From assembly GCA_017398595.1 (NCBI GenBank), contig JAFQFR010000015.1:32504-96503 (forward strand): a stretch of DNA of 64,000 bases, written 5' to 3'. Both the position numbers and the translations under genes were made by a program. A model generated the notes under the pieces. It had not been told where the DNA came from. It made no database searches and saw only the letters and a program-made list of their open reading frames with translations. This document shows positions 57,323 to 64,000 of the stretch, piece by piece (the stretch's first letter is position 1; every line of letters starts with the position of its first letter). This DNA comes from Clostridia bacterium (GTDB lineage: Bacteria > Bacillota > Clostridia > Oscillospirales > CAG-272).

Positions 57323-57706
57323 TTATACGGTGATCTCGATCTGATTGCCTTCTATGCCGACAATACAGCTTTCATAGTACCCATCGCCCGTCGTGCGCGG
57401 ACCGCTGACGACCGCATATCCGTCCGCCCGCAGTCTTTCCGTGAGGGCGTCCACTGCCGCTTTGCTGCCCACTTGAAAGGCAAGATGGATATATCCTGTT
57501 CGGCTCGGCAGCTTCTCGCTGTCGTCCATCCTCGGTCTATGCATGATCTCCAGCCTTGCACCATCCGAAAACGACAGAAAGTAAGAACGAAAATCGGTGA
57601 CCTTGTTATGATACCCTTCGTTCGGTATGGCACCGAAGTACTTTACAAAGAAGTCTTTCGCGCCTTCCAGATCCTGCACATACATCGCAATATGTTCTAT
57701 GCGCAT
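57323..57706 (-). CDS. VOC/glyoxalase family protein
   Basis: IEHIAMYV.DLE, GYIHLAF, PRTTGDGYYES. Confidence 0.92.
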   Translation of the reverse strand: MRIEHIAMYVQDLEGAKDFFVKYFGAIPNEGYHNKVTDFRSYFLSFSDGARLEIMHRPRMDDSEKLPSRTGYIHLAFQVGSKAAVDALTERLRADGYAVVSGPRTTGDGYYESCIVGIEGNQIEITV

Positions 57707-57813
57707 AACCAAAACCTCCGAGCAATTCTCTTCTGCTCTATTATACCGAAAATCCGCGCAATAGTAAAGGCTAAAATTTGCGATTCGCAAATTTTAGCCT
57801 TTTTAGAATGTAT

Positions 57814-58815
57814 TTACGCGTCAAAGTCCTGCCAAAACTGCTTGACGACCGTCTCGTAGCCCTCTTTATCCACCAGATAGCTCATGCCGTGGGCGGCACC
57901 CGGTACTACAAACAGGCGCTTGGGCGATGCGCAGGCTTTATAATTCTCGTAGGTCATCTCGATCGGCACAAAGCGGTCGTCCGTGCCGTGCACAAACAAG
58001 ACCGGCACGCGGCACTGCCGCAGTGCATCCACGCAGGAATAGTCCTTAGCACCGATTTGGATCTTCTTTCTGCACATATCATTTGCGATCGCACCGTTGA
58101 TGCCGCGATAGGGGATGTGCAGATTTCGCTCCACGACATGCTGCCAGATCGCGTGCGGCGAGGTGAATCCGCAGTCCGCCATCACGCCGTGTACGTTGGC
58201 GGGCAGTTCCTGTCCCGCCGCCATCAGCACGGTGGACGCGCCCATCGAAACGCCCGCAAGGTAGATCGGCAGATCCGCACAGCCGTTTTGGTTTGCCCAC
58301 TCGACCCAGTCCAGGCAGTCGTAGCGCTCCATCAAGCCGAAGCCCATGTAGGCGCCGTCGCTTGCACCCTGTCCGCGCTGCTCCGCGTACAGAATATTGC
58401 AGTCGCTTTCCTGCCAGAAGTCCGAGATCGAACCGAAATCCTTCGTCCAGGAGGAGCGCCAGCCGTGCATCGCGATGATCACGCGCTTCGGATGGGCGCA
58501 TGTGTGCCAGTGCCCGATCAGCTTGATGCCGTCGCGGCTGGCGATCTCCACGAGCATACTGTCGCCGTTTTGCAGGTTTTGCGCCGCCTGCTCCCGCTGT
58601 TCATAATATGCACCGCTCTTTGCAGAGCCGGACAGCTTCTTTTTCGATCTCACGCTGCTTTTCGGCGCTTCGCGGTCGAGCGCGACTTTCACAAGACTGC
58701 GCGTGAGCAGATACGACGCTGCCGTGGCAGCCGCGACCGAGACAGTCACAATGCCCGCGCCGACGGCGATCTTTTTACCCGTGCTCTGCACCTTTTTCTT
58801 ACTTTTTCTCTGCAT
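57814..58815 (-). CDS. Alpha/beta hydrolase (YqkD-like) with an N-terminal anchor
   Basis: MHGW, GVSMGA, ADCGF, HGTDD, GAAH. Confidence 0.88.
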   Translation of the reverse strand: MQRKSKKKVQSTGKKIAVGAGIVTVSVAAATAASYLLTRSLVKVALDREAPKSSVRSKKKLSGSAKSGAYYEQREQAAQNLQNGDSMLVEIASRDGIKLIGHWHTCAHPKRVIIAMHGWRSSWTKDFGSISDFWQESDCNILYAEQRGQGASDGAYMGFGLMERYDCLDWVEWANQNGCADLPIYLAGVSMGASTVLMAAGQELPANVHGVMADCGFTSPHAIWQHVVERNLHIPYRGINGAIANDMCRKKIQIGAKDYSCVDALRQCRVPVLFVHGTDDRFVPIEMTYENYKACASPKRLFVVPGAAHGMSYLVDKEGYETVVKQFWQDFDA

Positions 58816-58934
58816 AAGAACCTTCCTTTCCTTCCGTTGCATCATCTTTATTCCCATTGTATCCATGCAGTCGCGCCGCAATGCAGCTTTTCTCACAGAA
58901 TACCCCTATTATAGTTGAATTTTCACCCATATCA

Positions 58935-58977
58935 TGCAAAAAGGATACGCAAGAAACTGCCTGCGTATCCTTTTGCA
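58935..58977 (-). terminator. Intrinsic terminator
   Basis: tgcaaaaaggatacgca...tgcgtatccttttgca. Confidence 0.7.
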
Positions 58978-58978
58978 T

Positions 58979-60277
58979 TTAAAACTCTGTTTTTTCCGTT
59001 TGTGAAGCGGTGAAGCTGCCGGACAAAGCAAAGCTCGAAGCCTTTGCTGCCTTCTGCAGCACCGCCGCATCAAAATCGGGAGCTAAGTACATATACGAAC
59101 TGTATCCCCAACGGAAGGAGGGGCAGGTGCGAACATCCAGCATCCTGCCGTTTTCCTCGTACAGGGCGATGAGCAACACGCTGCTGTTGCTTTTTTGGAA
59201 GCCGGTAACGGCATCCGCGCTTCTCACCCAGCCGCTCGCGGCAAAGTATCCCGTGTCGGAGATCTCCGGGCTCGTGAGGATCATACTGGGCGAATGGCTC
59301 GACGACCGACTCACCAAGAAATAGTTCTTTGTGCTGTACGCTTGCGTAGCAATGCCATTATAGACGGGATCATCCCAGGTGGGATCCGCCACATACCATT
59401 TGCCGTCCAGCCGCACAGCCGTCCAGCGATGCCCGTTTCCGGAGATCTGCACGCAGGGGACGCCGATCTTGTTGCAAAGCAGTTGAAACGCCTTGGCATA
59501 TCCCTCGCACACAGGCTCGTATCCCGACAAAAAACCGCTGATAATGCTCCAGGGCGATGCATCCCTTTTAATATATGTGCTGTCGTTTGCCGCCGTCAGA
59601 TTGTAGTCGTTATCTTCCGCAAGCCACTGATCCCAGTATCCGAGTCTTGCGACCACCGGCATGTTCTCCGTATCGTGCAGCAGCTTCTCCACGACTTTGT
59701 CGATCTCTGCCTGAAACGCATCGATCTTTGCCTGCGTGTTGCACTCGGGCATCGCGGGCGTCGTTATATAAATTTGCGCGTCCATCTCATTGCCGACATA
59801 GCTGCCGCCGTAACGCAAGTACAATTCACCGCGTATCCAAAAGTATTCGGGATGATCGAAGATAAATGCCGTGTATGCCTGTTGCAGCACGGGTTTCATG
59901 CTGCTTGCCCAACTGCTGAATTCCGATGTAGCAATCGCTTCAGAGAAGACGATGCCGATCTCCCATTCTTCCACCGTATCGGATCCGCTCGCCGTCAGCG
60001 CCTTGACAGCGCCGTTTGCAAAAGCGTTCTCGATATTCGTATAGATCGTTTTTCCCTTTTCGGTCAGCTGGTCAAAGTAGCGGGTATCTTCGCCCCATGC
60101 ATACGCAGAAGCGGTGCTCAGCAGAGATTGCTGCGCATCTTCCGTCTCATAGAATGTGTATTCGATGAACAGATCGCCCATCGACACATCGGGTTCTTCT
60201 GCAACAGTCGTGACCGACAGCATGAGCGCAAGGAGCAAAAAGAGCGCCGCAGTCACCGTAATTTTTCTTGTTTGCAT
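58979..60277 (-). CDS. Secreted transglutaminase-like domain protein
   Basis: Signal peptide; DHPEYFW; catalytic triad VCEGYAKAF / GHRW / DPTWDD. Confidence 0.87.
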   Translation of the reverse strand: MQTRKITVTAALFLLLALMLSVTTVAEEPDVSMGDLFIEYTFYETEDAQQSLLSTASAYAWGEDTRYFDQLTEKGKTIYTNIENAFANGAVKALTASGSDTVEEWEIGIVFSEAIATSEFSSWASSMKPVLQQAYTAFIFDHPEYFWIRGELYLRYGGSYVGNEMDAQIYITTPAMPECNTQAKIDAFQAEIDKVVEKLLHDTENMPVVARLGYWDQWLAEDNDYNLTAANDSTYIKRDASPWSIISGFLSGYEPVCEGYAKAFQLLCNKIGVPCVQISGNGHRWTAVRLDGKWYVADPTWDDPVYNGIATQAYSTKNYFLVSRSSSHSPSMILTSPEISDTGYFAASGWVRSADAVTGFQKSNSSVLLIALYEENGRMLDVRTCPSFRWGYSSYMYLAPDFDAAVLQKAAKASSFALSGSFTASQTEKTEF

Positions 60278-60341
60278 TCTATTTCCCTCAATGGCAAAAC
60301 AAGGGAGAAACCGATGGATCTCCCTTGCTTCGTTTCAAATG

Positions 60342-63300
60342 TTACTGTACGTTTTCTACAAAGCGTACAATGAGTGCCGCGATCTCTGCACGGGTCGCGG
60401 TGTCCTTCGGACGGATAGTGCCCTCGACATCGCCCTTGAGCAGACCAACCGAGATCGCCCAGTTCATCGCATCCACTGCCCAGTCGCTGGTCTGATCGCT
60501 GTCGGTGAAGTCGTCAAGACCGTTGTCACTGACCTTGGGCGAATCCATGTAACGATACAGCATGGTCACTGCCTGCTCGCGCGTAATATCGGCCTCGGGG
60601 TTGGTACCGTCGGAAATGCCTTCTGCAACAGCCCACTCCATGCTCTTCGCATACCAGGTATCGCCGCCGTCGGTGTCTTCACCGGCAATACGAGCGAGAA
60701 CCGTCATCATCATAGCGCGCGTGAAATTGGATCCCGGCGCAAACAGATTCGTGTCAACGCCCTTCATCAGACCCTTGCCGTAAGCGCTGTATACGGTTAC
60801 ATAGTACCAGTCGCTCTTCGCTACATCGTCGAAGATGTCGCCTTCGCCGTAAACGAAGGAAGCAGAAACGGTTACTTTCGTTGCAGGCATCGTGAAGGTG
60901 TACTTGCCGTTTGCGGTTTCGGTAACCTTAACGGCATTGCCGCTCAGATCGGTAACCGTGACCGAAAATACCGTATAATCCTCGTCAGGCGTTGCGGTAA
61001 CGGTGATCTTATCACCCTTCTTTGCAGTTGCAAAGTTTGCGATCACGCTGCCGTCTGCAATATTTTTGTCAATCACGATCTGCGAATCGCCGGAGCCGGA
61101 ATTCACACGTTTATAGAGTACAACGCTGCCGCTGAGTTCGGTGTAGTTATCGGTATCGACGGGGGTGTAGCTCCACTTGTATGCGGTGTTCGGAGCAACA
61201 ACGGTAGCATCGGAAAGTGCATTGCCCGCGTTATCTACCCAACGGATCGTACCGCCGGCAGGCGTGATGCTGCCGATCGCCAGATCAGCTGTCTTCAGCG
61301 TCTGACCGGACGCTTTCAGCAGCGTGTAGCTCGGCGTGCCTGCGCAGGCTGCCTTGGAGATGGTCCAGGTGATCTCGCCGTCAAATGCGCTTGCCCATGC
61401 GTAGTTTGCGGTATCCTTGAGCGCAACCGTCGCGGTGTAGTTGCCTGCGTTGACAGCGGAGCCGCCCTCTACGGTGTAGAGAGCACCATCGGCAACGCCG
61501 ACCTGCGCTTCGCCGCTGTATACAAGACCGGTTGCAGCGGTAGGAATCGCTACGGTCGCCTTGTTGACCGTCACAACGATCGTGGTATCCACGTCGGTGT
61601 AATTGACAATATCATCGGGTGTAAACTTAACGGTTGCGGTATAGGAATCCGCGCCGATCATGGTTGCGGGATCGGTTACAAAAGACCATGTACCTGCGAC
61701 AGAAGCGGTACCGACGATGCTGTCCGCGGTCAGTGCCGTGCCGCTGTAGGTAACGGTGATGTTCTCGACAGAAACAGTCGGTACATCACGGTCGGTGATG
61801 GTGATGGTGATCGTAATCTCGGCAGTCTCGTAGTTCTGCATCGTAACCGTAACGGGAATGCTTGCGGTCACGCCTTCTGCAAAGCTGCTCATACCGTTCA
61901 GCGTGAAGTTGACCACGCCGTCGGCAACCGTAACGGAGTCTGCAAGAATATCCTTAGCATCCGTAACGGTACCTACCGTATACGAAACCTCGCCTGCGTT
62001 CGCAGGAACGCCGCTGATGGTCACGCTCTGTGCGCCGGAAACGGTGTACTTATAGCCGGTCGCGCCCTGTACTGCCAGAGCAGGTGCAGCCGCAGGAACG
62101 ATCGCAAAGGTTGCAGATGCATCTGCAAACGTATAGTTGCTGCCTTCTTTGCTTACAACGGTAACCGAAGCGGTGCCGACGTTTTCGTTGTTTGCGCAGC
62201 TTACCGTGTAGTCCGTGTCCTTCCGGAGCGTATCGCCTGCAACAAGGTCATTGGTGCTCAGTGTAACGGTCGGCAGGATCGCCGCACCGGTAAAGGTCTG
62301 GTCTGCGATCGCATCCACCGTAACGGTGATGGTCTTCGCTGCAATGCTGAAGGCGGTCGTATCATTCGTCAAGCTGTAGTTGGTGTCCGTGGTAGAAGCG
62401 GTCGCGGTGTAATCCTTGCCCGCGCTCACAGTCTTGCCGCCGACCGTCAGAACAAGTGCGCCGTTTACGCCCTCGGCAGCAGCTACAGGTGCCTGTGCCT
62501 CGCCGTTGTAGGTCAGCTCGGTGTTGCTCCAAGTAACGGCTACGCTCTTCGGCGCGATCGTGTACTCGGTGCTTGTATTCGTCAGTGCGTAGTTGGTATT
62601 CGCGGTAGAAGCGGTCGCCGTGTAGGTCGTGCCGCCTGCATTTGCATTGGTCTCGCCGCCGTCAACGGTGATCGCAAGATCCGCAACCTCGGTCGAGGCG
62701 GTCGGCTTCTGCTCGCTGCCGTTGTAGGTCAGTGCCGTGTTGCTCCAGGCAACCGCCACGCTCTTCGGCGCGATCGTGTACTCGGTGGTCGCATTCGTCA
62801 ATGCGTAGTTGGTATTTGCAGTAGAAGCGGTTGCCGTATAGGTCGTGCCGCCTACGTTTGCATCGGTTTTTCCGCCGTCAACGGTGATCGCAAGATCTGC
62901 GATCTCGGTCGAAGCGGTCGGCTTCTGCTCGCTGCCGTTGTAGGTCAGCGCCGTGTTGCTCCAAGCAACGGCTACACTCTTCGGTGCAACGGTAACGGTG
63001 CCGGTGAACACTTCAACGCCCTGATACTTGCTGTCGGACGTTGCGGTAAACAGAACCGTATAGCTCTGCACGCCCGCATCGGGAGTGCCGCTGACATTCA
63101 GTTTGTATGTACCGGGAACCTCGGTGCCGTCTACCGAAGCCTTGATCTGATCGCTTACGGTAACGATCTGCTCCCAGGTATCGCCGTAGGTGGGATTCTC
63201 TTTCACGGTAACTGCATTCGCTGCGGTAGCATCCTGATCGCCGATCTTGAAGAGAATGTCTACCATCGTTACGGTGATGGTGTCTTCAAGCGTCTTTTCA

Positions 63301-64000
63301 TAGTTACCCGAAGCAACGAACTTGTAGCCGATCGCAGCAGTCTCACCCTTGGAGAGCTTCTGCAGCTCTGCCTCGATGTCTGCCTTGGCCATTGCGGTGC
63401 CGCCGTAGGTGTATGTCAAAGCACCGTCCACTGCCTCGCCGCCGATGCCGCTGAATACAGGAGCCGTAAAGCTGCCCACGCCGACAACAGCGTTCTGCTG
63501 GTTGGAAACAACTGCGGAAACCGCATCACTGGGCGTGATGGAAGCGGGGATCACCACGCTGTCCGCAGAAAGTGTATAGCAATTTTTCTTTGCGCCCTCG
63601 AGACTCAGCGTCAAAGTAACGGTCTTGTCGCTGCCGACATTTTTATCGGCATACTCGCCTGCCGATACTTTGAGGGTAACGTCGTCTTCACCGACCTTGC
63701 CGGTAAAGGTAACGTCTTTGTTCACGGTGCCTGCCGCCGTGGTGGCATCGTAAACCTTGGTCATGCTGACACCGTCGGAAACGACCGTCAAAGTCTTCGG
63801 TGCAACGGTCACTTCGCCTTCATATACAACAAGGCCGGTGTATCCATTGCCGTTGTACAGCACTTTGAAGGTATAGCCGCCGACATCGGGGGTGCCGCTG
63901 ACATTCAAAGTATATTCGCCGCCCGTCAGCGTCTCGTCACCGAGCTTTGCGGTGAACTTGTCACTGTCGATCGCAACGATCTCTTCCCATGTATCGCCGT
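60342..64000 (-). CDS. Large SLH-anchored surface protein with YDG/MBG-like Ig repeats (5' end outside the window)
   Basis: C-terminal SLH motifs (FAPGSNFTRA, ITREQ, ATRAE), KVYDA, and TYNG repeats; the frame appears open to the window end. Confidence 0.88.
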   Translation of the reverse strand, partial: GDTWEEIVAIDSDKFTAKLGDETLTGGEYTLNVSGTPDVGGYTFKVLYNGNGYTGLVVYEGEVTVAPKTLTVVSDGVSMTKVYDATTAAGTVNKDVTFTGKVGEDDVTLKVSAGEYADKNVGSDKTVTLTLSLEGAKKNCYTLSADSVVIPASITPSDAVSAVVSNQQNAVVGVGSFTAPVFSGIGGEAVDGALTYTYGGTAMAKADIEAELQKLSKGETAAIGYKFVASGNYEKTLEDTITVTMVDILFKIGDQDATAANAVTVKENPTYGDTWEQIVTVSDQIKASVDGTEVPGTYKLNVSGTPDAGVQSYTVLFTATSDSKYQGVEVFTGTVTVAPKSVAVAWSNTALTYNGSEQKPTASTEIADLAITVDGGKTDANVGGTTYTATASTANTNYALTNATTEYTIAPKSVAVAWSNTALTYNGSEQKPTASTEVADLAITVDGGETNANAGGTTYTATASTANTNYALTNTSTEYTIAPKSVAVTWSNTELTYNGEAQAPVAAAEGVNGALVLTVGGKTVSAGKDYTATASTTDTNYSLTNDTTAFSIAAKTITVTVDAIADQTFTGAAILPTVTLSTNDLVAGDTLRKDTDYTVSCANNENVGTASVTVVSKEGSNYTFADASATFAIVPAAAPALAVQGATGYKYTVSGAQSVTISGVPANAGEVSYTVGTVTDAKDILADSVTVADGVVNFTLNGMSSFAEGVTASIPVTVTMQNYETAEITITITITDRDVPTVSVENITVTYSGTALTADSIVGTASVAGTWSFVTDPATMIGADSYTATVKFTPDDIVNYTDVDTTIVVTVNKATVAIPTAATGLVYSGEAQVGVADGALYTVEGGSAVNAGNYTATVALKDTANYAWASAFDGEITWTISKAACAGTPSYTLLKASGQTLKTADLAIGSITPAGGTIRWVDNAGNALSDATVVAPNTAYKWSYTPVDTDNYTELSGSVVLYKRVNSGSGDSQIVIDKNIADGSVIANFATAKKGDKITVTATPDEDYTVFSVTVTDLSGNAVKVTETANGKYTFTMPATKVTVSASFVYGEGDIFDDVAKSDWYYVTVYSAYGKGLMKGVDTNLFAPGSNFTRAMMMTVLARIAGEDTDGGDTWYAKSMEWAVAEGISDGTNPEADITREQAVTMLYRYMDSPKVSDNGLDDFTDSDQTSDWAVDAMNWAISVGLLKGDVEGTIRPKDTATRAEIAALIVRFVENVQ
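62340..62990 (-). repeat. Three tandem ~72-aa MBG-like repeats inside the SLH protein
   Basis: APKSVAV(A/T)WSNT.LTYNG...YTATAST..TNY.LTN; the first two are nearly identical at DNA level. Confidence 0.88.

Overview
64 kb of chromosome from a high-GC, probably spore-forming Clostridia bacterium (Oscillospirales/Ruminococcaceae-like; inferred from gene content and codon usage). It is mostly housekeeping: truB-aspS, alr, yabO/yabP/yabQ/divIC, hup, mazG, hemZ-dtd-rel-recJ, cdaA-cdaR, murF-ddl, efp, rpmG-secE-nusG-rplK-rplA and thyX. It also holds a glycine-riboswitch-controlled Na+/alanine-glycine symporter and several surface proteins (BspA-type LRR, transglutaminase-like, SLH adhesin). I saw no tRNA, rRNA, CRISPR array, integrase or transposase. 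The most unusual signals are: (1) three ~185-bp intergenic arrays in which four ATGAWTT and four inverted AAWTCAT heptamers are separated by short, covarying and shuffled hairpins, plus a sister GTGAAAT array; (2) a gene after rplA whose N-terminal ~50 aa resemble the IscB PLMP/RRXRR RNA-binding domain, with a duplicated 26-nt leader motif, two in-frame ATC starts and a strong internal ATG; (3) three tandem regulators with a LacI-type sensor domain but a C-terminal LuxR-type HTH, directly upstream of a B12-binding radical SAM gene; (4) a synonymous-variant duplicate of the pgeF 3' end that looks like an integration scar; (5) an esterase-acyltransferase fusion. Family assignments come from motif recognition by eye, not from database searches.
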